Of a stretch of 64,000 bases of DNA, positions 25,689 through 37,495 are shown piece after piece; positions within the stretch are counted from its first letter, which is position 1, and every line of letters begins with the position of its first letter. This DNA is from Octopus sinensis (lineage: Eukaryota), in assembly GCF_006345805.1 (NCBI RefSeq), contig NC_043001.1, forward strand, positions 118,978,001-119,042,000, in the 5' to 3' direction. The translations under genes and the position numbers were made by a program. The notes under the pieces were generated by a model that saw nothing but the letters and a program-made list of their open reading frames with translations, was not told the DNA's origin and made no database searches.

Positions 25689-25780
25689 TATTATTATTAT
25701 TATTATTATCATCATTATTGTTTTTGTTGTTGTTGGTGGTGTTGGCGTTGTTTTTGCTGTTAGTACTATTATTAATTATT

Positions 25781-25985
25781 GGGGTAGTACTGGCAGAATC
25801 GTTAACGCTTCGGACAGGACTGCTTAGCGGCATTTCTTCCAGCTGTTTACGGTCTGAGTTCAAATACCGCCGAGATCAACTTTGCCTTTCATTATTTCGG
25901 ATTCGATAAAACAAATACTGGTTTGGCAATGAGATCAATGTAATCAATATCTTACTTCTTGTCCCAAAATATGAAACAATTATTA
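25781..25985 (+). mobile_element. SINE (family of 60086-60505)
   Basis: ctggcagaatcgttaacgc...gcttagcggcattt...ctgagttcaaataccgccgagatcaactttgcctttca. Confidence 0.75.
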
Positions 25986-26269
25986 TTACTGTGTTTATTC
26001 TATTGTTTCCACTATCCTCTAAGTCCTTGAAACGGATCATGGGCATCACTCTCTTCCATCTGACATAAAACATTTAGCCCGTTCCTGTGTAGTTTAAACA
26101 GCGATTTTTTATACAAATATACACAGCCTTTGTCTTACAAGAACAGAGGTACAAAGCAGAGACAGATTAAATAGGATTTTGAAACTGATCGCATATATCG
26201 TTTCGCCGAGCTGCAAGATTCATTTCAGAGCATGACTACGCATATTTTTAAGAGAGGGAGAGAGAAAGA

Positions 26270-26314
<45 letters not shown>

Positions 26315-26332
26315 AAGTACACAAAAAGTATT

Positions 26333-26507
26333 CAATACAATGGAATAGAGTAATTATTTACTTTATTCACTTTCGACGGATATTTGTCCTCATTTTGTTT
26401 ATTGTTAACACAACGTTTCGGCTGATATACCCTCCAGCCTCCTTCAGGTGTCTTGGAAAAATTTCGAACCTGGGTTCTCATTCCTAAGGTATTTTTCGAT
26501 GTTATTA

Positions 26508-26510
<3 letters not shown>
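26333..26510 (-). mobile_element. Penelope-like element terminal (pLTR) fragment
   Basis: Contains a minimal hammerhead motif (next feature) and abuts an (ATT)n tract. Assignment to Penelope rests on the ribozyme architecture. Confidence 0.6.
26407..26453 (-). ncRNA. Minimal type-I hammerhead ribozyme motif (A9G variant)
   Basis: Minus strand: gacac-CTGAAGG-a-ggctg(gagggtatat)cagcc-GAAAC-GTT-gtgtt. Stem I is acac/gtgt, stem II is ggctg/cagcc and stem III is the palindrome ACGT. Confidence 0.65.
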
Positions 26511-26571
<61 letters not shown>

Positions 26572-27250
26572 CGGAGAAACTGTATGGAAGTTCGATGGAC
26601 TAACGTTTCTGTGGCAGACATGGTTGATCAACATCACTAGGTACCCTAAAGTGTTTTTATTCGACTCATCTCTATTGCATACATTTGACCTAGATCTTTA
26701 GTCGGAAGCTAACTTTCTTCTCTTCTCTAACAGTCTTTAGCGCCCCATCCCTGGTTAAGCCAACAAATAGGAAAATTTTGTGGTGATGAATGTAAATCGT
26801 AGTGTTAGTTTAGCAAAGTCACTCTGTTCTCTGACCTGAGATCAATGTCTACCGATTCCTTCGGTCAGCATTATCATTGGGCTTGGAATCTGGTTCTAGT
26901 TATTGTTTGTAAGCGATTACTAACATTCAGCAGTAAAAATATACAGTCGGAACCAAGGAATCAATATTTATCTCTATTATTAGGAAGTTATTCACTGTTG
27001 GCTATTACGGCACAATAGAGTGGAAAATTGTACTAAACAGAACACACGAAAATTAACTCAGAATCGTTTAATAATAACCCAGCCTGTTTATAGCACATAC
27101 TTATACATAGGTTCATGCACGGATATAGACATATGACAAAATATAAATATGTGTGCTCAAACGTAAGTCAAATCGTTAACGCGTGTAATGGCCTGCTTTC
27201 GTACATGTGCGCATATACATATATACGCGCATATATATATATGTATATCT

Positions 27251-27570
27251 ACTGGTAACGTGTAACCCAGTACAACCTGTAGCAAGGTCGGGTCGTAGGC
27301 AGACCCATTAAGCTTGCTTGGTGAAGAGGGTGATTGTTGGACACCCTGTAGGACGAAACATAAGACCTGTCAAAAGGCGGAAGAGCTCATGAGCAGTCAA
27401 CGGCCATCCAACAATATATGTACATGTATATGTATGCATGCATGTATGTGCGGAGCCGTAGAAATATCTGAGTTGGTGTTCTGGCACGCGGTTGTTCCAC
27501 TGGGAGTGGGAGGCCCCTCTGTCGTTGTCACAGCATCTCTCTGGGAGACTGAAACTCTGAGAGAAAACCT
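27251..27570 (+). mobile_element. Second, more diverged copy of the 9640-10190 repeat, interrupted by a TA/TG microsatellite
   Basis: Visual alignment to the reverse complement of 9880-10185. Confidence 0.6.
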
Positions 27571-27891
27571 GCAACACTGACAATATTCGATGATGTTGAC
27601 TAGTTCTTTTGGAGTCTAGATTGTCTATGTTCAGATAGTGGGATTGATTTTGTGCAAATCCTTTACCCGCTATGAAAAATCATCATCACAGGCATTGCTT
27701 GAAAATAGACATACATATATTATATATATATATATATATATGTTGAAATAGAAAGATGAATTTTCTTGTAACAGATTATTCAAAGGTTTAACCGATACCT
27801 GGGTAGCAAAAATCACAGCGGAAAACAGCACGGTTGGAGATAAGACCATTTGGTGTTGCAACCGTGCGTTGGAGCGGATAATTGAGGTTTA

Positions 27892-28338
27892 ATATTATTA
27901 GTGAATGGAATAAATGGAGTTGAACGAAGATTGTACAGAATACCTTTTATTACATTCTACACATGTTTCGAAGGCCACAAATTTCCAAATTCTGTTTAAA
28001 TAAGGGTACCATATTGCGGCTTTCTCTTCAGGAAAAAAACAGGAATTCCGTTGACCTGTAGATATCTTCAACGCACCAAATCCCCGATTTCAACGTACAT
28101 TGATAAACAGTTCAGCCATGGGCTCCTAAGGAGCATCTTCGTTCGAATTGCTGTGCCTCTGTTTTGTTTTGTCCTGTCAACGGAATTCCTGTTTTTTTCC
28201 TGAAGAGAAAGCCGCTATATGGTACCCTTATTTAAACAGAATTTGGAAATTTCTGGCCTTCGAAACATGTGTAGAATGTAATAAAAGGTATTCTGTACAA
28301 TCTTCGTTCAACTCCATTATTCCATTCACTAATAATAT
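27892..28338. mobile_element. Foldback element with ~164-bp near-perfect inverted arms and 120-bp spacer (Penelope-terminus-like or MITE)
   Basis: Arms are 27892-28055 and 28176-28338. Each arm carries CTGAAGA...GAAACATGT. Confidence 0.85.
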
Positions 28339-28498
<160 letters not shown>

Positions 28499-28989
28499 TG
28501 TATGTATGTATGTATGTGCACATGCGCTGTCTTCCAAATTTGGGTCTATCAAACTGTTTTCACAAGTTATTAAACAAGCTACTGGTTAACCCGACGCTAA
28601 AATCCGTGCACGAAGATCGAACTGTAAACCTCTTGGCTGCCAAACAAGCTTTTTATTCATGCAGCCATACGTGGCACTCGCGTCATCATTGATGATTACG
28701 TTCTTGTTATTTTGATAAAATTCTTTGCTGTTGTTATTATTTACACACAACCCCTCCACAACACACACACACACATACACACATTCACACACACACACAC
28801 AGATAAACACACACACACACACACACATCTCCTTCGTGCTCTTTGTCCTTTTTCTCGCTGCCACCGATATCTTTCATTCCATTTGTTGCTGTTGTAAATA
28901 TTATTTATGTAGAAAAATAGACTCAAATAAATCCAGCGATAGTTCCACTTCGTCCTTCAGTTCTGGAAAGGAGTTTGCTATTGTTGTTG

Positions 28990-28990
28990 T

Positions 28991-29040
<50 letters not shown>

Positions 29041-29060
29041 GCACCACCACCACCACCACA

Positions 29061-29121
<61 letters not shown>

Positions 29122-29141
29122 GCACCACCACCACCACCACA

Positions 29142-29176
<35 letters not shown>

Positions 29177-29177
29177 A

Positions 29178-29215
<38 letters not shown>

Positions 29216-29220
29216 TACGT
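28990..29220. repeat. (ACT)n microsatellite with a duplicated (ACC)5 interruption (~81-bp period)
   Basis: The block agcaccaccaccaccaccacaact occurs at ~29040 and ~29121. Confidence 0.9.
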
Positions 29221-29349
29221 CAACAACAATAATGATTTTTCGCATTGGAACAAAACCAAATGTTTTTTTATGGGTGGGGTGCAATCATTTTAGTTGACTC
29301 TGGCACTTATTTTATCGATAATGGAAGGTGGAAGTAAAATTGTTATTGG

Positions 29350-30100
29350 TGATGATGATGATGATGCATTCTAACTTTGATACAAGGTCACAAACTTTGT
29401 GAGGGAGGTAAATAACGGGCAGAATCAATCCTATTACTTTAGGACTAATTTTGTCAATCCCGGAAAAAAAACGAAATGCCAAGTCAACCTAAGTAGGATT
29501 TGAAATCGAAACGTAGGAACATGTAAGTCATTAATACAGGGTATTTTGGCTCAGTTCGCTATCGATTCTGCCAGTCATAATTATTTGGTAATAATTGTTT
29601 CGAACATAGGCACAAGGCCTGAAATTTTAGAGGAAAGGGTTAATTGATACCTATTTCTTTACTACCCGCAAGGGGCTAAACACAGAGGAAACAAACAAGG
29701 ACAGACGGACGGATTAAGTCGATTATATAACGATCTAATCAAGCCAACGCTTTTATTTTGTGTTGATAATGATTAAAGTACAAAACCATCAAATTTGAGG
29801 CGAGAGTAGCAAGTGGATGCCATCGCTCCCAGTGCTTATTGGTGCTTTATTTTATCGACCCTGAAATAATAAAAGGCAAGGTTAGCCTCGGTGGGATTTG
29901 AATATTCTTTTCTACTCTAGGCAGAAGGCGCGAAATTTGGGGGGAGGGGTCAGTCGATTCGATCGACCCCGGTACCCAATTGGTACTTAATTTATCGACC
30001 CCGAAAGGATGAAAGGCAAAGTCGACCTCGGCGGGATGATATATCACTGAGCATTTCGCCGGTGTGCTAACGTTTCTGTCAGCTCACCGCCTTTGAACCC
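29350..30100 (-). mobile_element. Cluster of 3-4 SINE fragments
   Basis: Repeated tttatcgaccccgaaaggatgaaaggcaaagtcgacctcggc and ggggctaaacacagag motifs, the reverse complement of 60086-60505. Confidence 0.75.
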
Positions 30101-30621
30101 ATAATATTGATAATATATGGTGTTGTTGAATTGTTGAATCATTTCGTCACGTCACTTACGTATTTTTATGACAGCAATATCAGAGGGGTTTTACCCTTTT
30201 TTTCCTGTTTTGAAATAGAAGTAATTAATATCTAAGTATGTATGGAATGGAGGAAAATTACAATTGAATTTGAATATATATATTTCATATTTTATGTATG
30301 TAAAGACTAATTTCCATTATCTTTAGAAATGTTTCCACAAGTATGTCTCTTCTATACAGCTTGTGGTCATTTACGCAATTAACTGATTAAAATTATGAGC
30401 GTATTTACGTCAAAAGTATACCTGTATATATATATATACACATATATATATACACATATATATATATATATATATACATACACATATATATATATATACA
30501 CACACATATATATATAAGTATATATATGTATATATACACATATATATGTTTATAAATATATACATCCCCTTTTTACCATTTTACTTATTTCATTCACTAA
30601 ACTGCGGCCATACTGGGGCAC

Positions 30622-30850
30622 AAAACTGTTATTCAGAGTCTCATGTTTCCGTTCGTCGGACAGTTGTGATGAAGACTGGAACAAAATTTTATTCCAGTCT
30701 TGATCACAACTCTCCGACGAGCGGAACGTGAAACTCTGAGTAACAGTTTTGTGATGTTTTACCATGCAGCTATAATAAAAAACCATATTACTCTACCCTT
30801 GGTATTCAGGTACCATGTTTTCCACCTTGTTTTACATTCATATGCTTAGT
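30622..30850. mobile_element. Penelope-like terminal fragment forming a 130-bp foldback (30622-30750)
   Basis: Inverted arms surround a central hairpin. The downstream sequence atattactctacc.ttggtatt...ttttccaccttgttt is shared with 36700-36750 and with the reverse complement of 19055-19110. Confidence 0.65.
30710..30746 (+). ncRNA. Minimal type-I hammerhead ribozyme motif (U4C variant)
   Basis: ctct-CCGACGA-gcg(gaa)cgt-GAAAC-tctga-GTA-acag. Stem III ACTCTGAGT is quasi-palindromic and the cleavage triplet is GUA. Confidence 0.6.
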
Positions 30851-30922
30851 CGTGTATATATGTATGTGTATATATATATATAAAACCCATCATATATATA
30901 TGTACGTATGTATGTATATATA

Positions 30923-30993
<71 letters not shown>

Positions 30994-31047
30994 TATATAT
31001 ACATATATATAGGCAAGAAAATAAGGGAGTGCGTTGCGTTACACAAA

Positions 31048-31540
31048 TAATATTTCAAAAACTTTTTATAAAAATATATCAACCAGAAAATTTAACAAAG
31101 ACAAACGGAAAATTTGACAAAAACATAGCAAACGGAAAATTTGGCGAAACCATAACACACGAAAATTCGTAGCTAATTCCTCATCAGCCAACGTCCAAGA
31201 GATCATAATAGTTTCGCACCGTTATCGTGGAGACTATATCTTTCGTTTGTCTGGTAGATGTGTGGGTTTTTTTTTGTTGTATATTTACAATTATAATTAT
31301 TTTAGTTTGTCATGTTTGTTTTCATCATTGTCTTGTACGTTCGTTATCTTTTCTCAGTGACTTTTTTAGCAGTGGGGTCTCAACTATAACAGCGCGAAAC
31401 TATTATGATCTTCTTAGACGTTGACTGATGAGGAATTAGATACGAAGTTTCCGTGTTTTATGGTTTTGTCAAAATTTCCGTTTGTTTTTGTTAAATTTTC
31501 CCGCTGTGGTGTTTTTATAAAGAATTGATAAATATATATA
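31048..31540. mobile_element. MITE-like element with ~165-200-bp diverged inverted arms
   Basis: 31048-31246 matches the reverse complement of 31377-31540 (e.g. ctaattcctcatcagccaacgtc / gacgttgactgatgaggaattag). Confidence 0.75.
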
Positions 31541-31541
31541 A

Positions 31542-31578
<37 letters not shown>

Positions 31579-32764
31579 CTGAAGTGGTGTACAGGTATTG
31601 TATACTGAGAAGAGGAGGCAGTCAGAATTTTGGATAATTCTTTATTAGCGCCTTCGTTCGTTTATCGAACTCTTCAAGACAAAATCAAAACCAAAATGGT
31701 AAAAACAACGCTTCGTTGTTCATTTAAAGGAATTGAATGCTTTTTTGGTTTGTTTAGAAGAGAGATTAATGTTTTAGTTTTTTTGGGGGAAAAGGGAGAA
31801 AGTGAGGAAAGAAAGCAAAGAGGGGTGAACCTTGAACTTTGAGCTCTTTAATTTTCAGTGGTGACCGCATCCTCTCCTCTTTTCTTATCTTTCCAATCCT
31901 ACTTCCTAAAATTGACATCTTGAAAGGTTACCAGCCCTTGTGAGAAAATGTATTTACTTATTCTATGTTGATAGGTATACAATGAGAAGAAAAAGGAAAG
32001 AAAAGAAAGAAAAATGCTTTGTGATGAAATTTCAGTGGATCCCCACATCAAATTGAAAAGAAACCTCTCTCTTTCTCTCTCTCTCTCTATCTATCTATCC
32101 TTTCCCCATCCTTTATTATTTTTTTCCTCTTTTTTGATTGTTCTGAAACCTCTCTCTCTGTTTATTTTTCGCACATTGCTTTTCTTTCTCTCTTTCCATC
32201 TTAAAAAAAAACAAAGACATTTTTCTCTTCTTCTAAACAAAGCAAAAAAAAAAAAACCCATCAGATTCATATAAATGAACAACGAAATGTTCTGTTTTCA
32301 TTTTGATTTTGATATTGAGTTGACAAGTTCAATAAAGGAATGAAAGCGCTAATAAAGAATTATCCAAAATTCTGACTGCCTCCTTTTTCTCAATATATAC
32401 AAGTTTACACATATGCACACATATATTTATATATTGTCTATATCATGCATAAGTATATACTTATAAGTTAGCAATACCTGTAGAAATTCCTCTGATATAT
32501 TGAAAATTCTTAGATGATTGGAAACTTATAGAGAGCCATGGAATATATAATATTTTTCGAAATTGCATATTGTTTGAAACTTGATACTTCAGACGGTGTA
32601 AAAGATCACAGAGATCATACTGCATGTACAATATTAAGGGACAACCTAGCCGAAGCTATATTCCTCAATATTCGCTTGTCATCAGTTCGACCTAATGAGT
32701 TGCTATCGGTTATTTTTCACTTTACGTTAAGATGTAAACAATCTTAACTCTCTTATCTTTAACT

Positions 32765-32989
32765 TGGTTCTTTCATAAGACTGCAGCCCTACTGGGGCAT
32801 CAGTTTGAGGAATTTTTAGTGGAATGAATCGATCCCAGTACATACTTTTTTGTAACAAAGACAACCAGACACATACTCATATACACTGGTACTTATTCTA
32901 TTGGGCTCATTGCCGAACCGCTAAGTCACGGGGACCTAAGCTGTAGTGGGGGTCAAACGCAGACACACAGACAGACCCCCACATCTCTC

Positions 32990-33068
<79 letters not shown>

Positions 33069-33222
33069 CACGAAGAGCTTCTTTCAGTTTCTGTCTACCA
33101 AATCTAGTAACAAGGCTTTGATCGGTACGAGGGTAGAGTAGAGACACTAACTCGAGGTGCCACGCAGTGGGACTGAATCTGGATTTATGTGGTTAGAGAA
33201 CCAAGCTTCTAATCACATAGCC
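32765..33222 (-). mobile_element. tRNA-derived SINE with internal (TA)/(GA) microsatellite
   Basis: The minus-strand head reads ggctatgtgattagaagcttggtt...agattcagtcccactgcgtggcacc, followed by the body, the microsatellite and a tail shared with 9403-9620. Confidence 0.75.
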
Positions 33223-33498
33223 AATATAGACGGAGGCATGACAAAATTCGGTTTATAAGCTGGTGGTTCTCGGTTCTATTTCTCTATAAACAACTTTGGG
33301 CAAGAGTCCGGTCGCCTAGCTCGAGTTCATCAACGCTTTGTGTGAAATTTAGTGGACAGAATCTGTATGAAAGCCCTTAGAACAAGTGCATATATATATA
33401 TATATTAAAGTTTGTTTTATGTTCAGTGATAATAAAATAATTTCACATTAATCTGCAGAGTTTCTGTAGAGTTTTGTAGAGTACAAATTTATTATTAT

Positions 33499-33608
33499 TA
33501 TACCAGAATGTTATTGACAGGACAGTAACTTCAAAATTTCGGCCACCAGTCCGATAATGGCTTAGATGGCTGAAACTTCGAAGTCACTATCAACAATATT
33601 CTTGTATA
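33499..33608. mobile_element. Old ~110-bp foldback with degenerate hammerhead-like motif
   Basis: Diverged inverted arms; cagt-CCGATAA-tggc...ggct-GAAAC-ttcgaa-GTC-act at 33547-33588. Confidence 0.45.
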
Positions 33609-33689
33609 AGAATGGTATATATATATATATATCTTTAAATTTCTTTACGCTAACATTTTGAATATTCAAATAATGCTTCTATTCCGTTA

Positions 33690-33895
33690 TGCCGGCCACC
33701 GACTAATGATGCTGACTAAAAGAGGTCATGTGATTTATGGAACCGCGTTACGTTCTGAATGCAAATTCCGCCGAGGTCATCTTTGCTTTTCATCCTTTCG
33801 GGTCGATGAAATAAGAACCAGTTGAGTACTGAGGTCGATGTATCGATTATCCCCGCTCCAAATGTCAAGCCTTGTGCCTATAGTAGGCACAATAT
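33690..33895 (+). mobile_element. SINE fragment
   Basis: gttacgttctgaatgcaaattccgccgaggtcatctttgcttttcatcctttcgggtcgat...ccttgtgcctatagtag. Confidence 0.7.
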
Positions 33896-33916
33896 CATTA
33901 TTATTATTATTATTAG

Positions 33917-33983
<67 letters not shown>

Positions 33984-33984
33984 T

Positions 33985-34325
33985 TCTCTTTATCATAGGT
34001 TTTGTTGGAGCTCCTGGAGTCTTGCATGCGTAGCAAGCTTACTACCTGCTGCCTACGGAACTATGCTATTCGTTCATTTCAGTTATCTAATACTTTCCTG
34101 GTTATTCTGGCCGTGCCAAGGAGGTAAACTATTGGTAACAGTTCTACTGGGCACTCTATTCCAATTTCCTTTATATTCTTCTTGATGCCTTCTGATACTT
34201 ATCCCAAGAACCCAACAGCAATTGGCACTATCTTCATCATCTTCATTTTGTATAGCCGGGCTATTTCATACTTAAGAGGGTTGTGTCTAAATATCTTTTC
34301 GCCTTCCTTCTTGACTATTCGGGGG
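33985..34325 (-). mobile_element. R4/Dong-like LINE 3' end set in (TAA)n
   Basis: Translation ...LKYEIARLYKMK..KIVPIAVGFLG...YLLGTARITRKVLDN* plus 3' UTR, with (ATT)n on both sides. Confidence 0.8.
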
Positions 34326-34339
34326 TATTATTATTATTA

Positions 34340-34388
<49 letters not shown>

Positions 34389-34581
34389 AATAATAATAAT
34401 AATAATAATATAATAATAATGATAACAACAATAATAATAATAAAATAATAATAATAACAATAATAATAATAATAATAATAATAATGATAACAATATAATA
34501 ATAATAATAATAAATAATAATAATAATAATATAATAATGATAACAATAATGATAACAATATAATAATAATAATAATAATAA

Positions 34582-34612
<31 letters not shown>

Positions 34613-34700
34613 TTAATAATAATAATAATAATAATAATAATTATTATTATTATTCTAAAAATTATTATTATTATTATTATTCTGAAAATTATTATTATTC
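34326..34700. repeat. (ATT)n/(AAT)n tract with strand switches
   Basis: Read directly; the orientation flips at ~34385 and ~34640. Confidence 0.9.
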
Positions 34701-34703
34701 TGA

Positions 34704-34917
34704 AAAAAATATTCAGACAAATACATAACAAAAACACCAGGACTTACAAACACATATAACATACAGAAAATTGCACTACTAGGCACTGCACACATCCTAC
34801 GCAGAACACTTTCCATACAATAACCATCAGAGCATCACAACAAATCACAGCACATATCCAAGGCACACAGAGCTGCGATCGGTAGTGAAGTGAAAGCACG
34901 CTATAAAAATAAAACTA

Positions 34918-34920
<3 letters not shown>
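34704..34920 (+). mobile_element. R4/Dong-like LINE 3' end set in (TAA)n
   Basis: KYSDKYITKTPGLTNTYNIQKIALLGTAHILRRTLSIQ* plus a ~105-bp 3' UTR running into (AAT)n. Confidence 0.85.
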
Positions 34921-34999
<79 letters not shown>

Positions 35000-35023
35000 T
35001 AATAATAATCATAATAATAATAA

Positions 35024-35268
35024 TAATCTTTTTTACTCTAGGCACAAAGCCCGAAGTTTTGTGGGAAGGGTCCAGTCGATTAGATCGACCCCAGTACACA
35101 ACTGGTACTTAATTTATCAACCCCGAAAGAATGAAAGGCCGAGGTCGACTTTGCCTTTCATTATTTAAGGGTCGATAAATTAAGTACCAGTTGCATACTG
35201 GGGTCGATCTAACCGACTGGCACCTTTCCCCAAAATTTCGGGCCTTGTGCCTAGAGTAGAAAAGATTA
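35024..35268. mobile_element. Two SINE 3' halves joined head-to-head
   Basis: Inverted arms of ~110 bp meet at ...aaaggc|cgaggtcgactttgcc (~35140). Confidence 0.8.
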
Positions 35269-35624
35269 TTATTATTATACACGCACACACACATATATAT
35301 ATATATATATATGTGAACCCCGTGTATATGAGTATGTGTGTGGGTATTATGTTATATTGCTTAAAACCAACAGTGTTTTTGAAGTACAGTAAGGTTATGC
35401 ACCTTCAGCCATTTGAGTCTGGCGAGTCACCTCTACTGCTAACCACTTTATAAGTGTGAAACCAACGAGCACTCTATGACCGTCCATTACTTTTAACTTC
35501 TTAAAAATTATATTACTGCACTAATGCATTAGTCTGCTTCTTTTTGGGATATTTGAACTACTCTCGATGTTATATATATATATATATATATTATATATAT
35601 TATATATATATATATATGTAATAT

Positions 35625-35662
<38 letters not shown>

Positions 35663-35714
35663 AATATATATATACATATATATATTTATATACATACATA
35701 TGTATATATATATA

Positions 35715-35751
<37 letters not shown>

Positions 35752-36567
35752 TATATATATACATATATATATTTATATACATACATATGTATATATATAT
35801 ATATATATATATATGTAAATATATATATACATATATATATTTATATACATACATATGTATATATATATATAATATATATATATATATATACATATGTATA
35901 TATATACATATATATATATATGTGTGTGTATGTATGCATATATATGTACATGAGTATGTGTATGCATGTACGTATGTGTATATGTACATATGTATGCGTA
36001 TACACACACACGCACACACGCACATACACACACCTATATGCGTATATATACGTATGTACATATGCTCATGTTCATGCACAGACGTGCGCGTGCACACTCA
36101 CACAAACACTTATATATATATATATCTTTGAAAACGTCTCAAAGTGGTTATTTGTTAGATAATTTGAATAATTAAATCTTTGGGTCACGTATTAAACGTA
36201 ATTAATTTGTAATTTAACTAAAATTCCCATTGAGACATTGCCACATGACAAGCTATTGCCAACAATGGTGAGGGTGTCAAAAGTCGAAGGTTGCATAACT
36301 TCATGAAATTGAGTGTAAATGTCCCTCGTTAGTTTTGACCCTTTGGACAAAGACAGTCTATTCTCTCCGTCACTATGAAAAATAACTTGAAACTGTAAAT
36401 GAAATTATCTCCCTTTTCCCTCGAGGTAAAATTAACTTATGTTTTTCTTTGTATTTCTTTGTTTTGTTTGAAATTTATTCCCTTTTGAGCGTATTTAATA
36501 ATTGCAGCTTGCTCGTTTTCTTTCATCTGTCCGTTACTGCGTAAGGCCACTTTATATATATATATAT

Positions 36568-36766
36568 TTTATTTAAAGCAGCAGAAAATTCAACAAAACC
36601 TGTTACTCTGAGTTTCTCAGCAAAAACTGTCCGATGAACGGCAACGGGAAACTCAGACTAACAGGTTTTGTTGAATTTTCTGCTGCTTTAAATAAAGCAT
36701 ATTACTCTACCACTGGTATTTGAGTACTCTTTTTTCCACCTTGTTTCACATTTATGTGTTTACTCT

Positions 36767-36770
<4 letters not shown>
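36568..36770. mobile_element. Penelope-like terminal fragment with partial inverted copy and hammerhead motif
   Basis: Inverted repeat spans 36568-36696; ctgt-CCGATGA-acggcaacgg-GAAAC-tcagacta-acag at 36627-36664; same family as 30622-30850. Confidence 0.7.
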
Positions 36771-36804
<34 letters not shown>

Positions 36805-37461
36805 ATGTGGGCGATTCTTTCTTGTCTTGAGATTCACGGTCAAACGGCTGGGTGGAATTGCGAGAAAAATTACACAGATGTGTAGAATGATCCGGTGGTG
36901 ATGCTGGGCTTTGTATGTTTTCATAGCTCCCATGGTTACCGAGATGATCTACTATAATAATACTCTTGTGTTTATGAATGAGAAAGGAAGTGGTGATAGA
37001 TGAATAAGGAAGGAAGGGGTGATGTCATAGTGGGATGATGAAAATTGCACGCTGAAAAATAAAACAAACAGCATTTCAGATCTGTGTGAATATATGTGTG
37101 TGTGTGTGCAAAAGGGGGGCATGTGAATGTGGGTGTGCGTACGCAATGGAAGTGGGATGGATCATCTTTGTTCGCTTTGTATTTGGCTTTATTTTTTGAC
37201 TTTGTTGAATCTTGGTTGTTTTTTTTGTTGGTCAGTTATTTTTAGCGTTTTGACAGAAAAAAAGTCATTCAAAAATTGTTTTTTAACGTAAGCGTGCCCA
37301 AACAAATCGAATGCTTACACAGAGCAAGTTTTACAGCCACATCATCCAAACCGACCGTCTGAAACCGGGCTCAGCTGCTAGTATATAAATATATATGTAT
37401 GCATGTATGTTTGTATATATACATATATATATATATATATGTATTTATATACATGCATTTG

Positions 37462-37495
<34 letters not shown>

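Noticed and set aside
31424-31455. CTGATGAG motif suggesting a hammerhead in the MITE arm
   Set aside because: No GAAA(C) follows in either arm (cgaagttt / cgaatttt), and there is no valid stem II/III.
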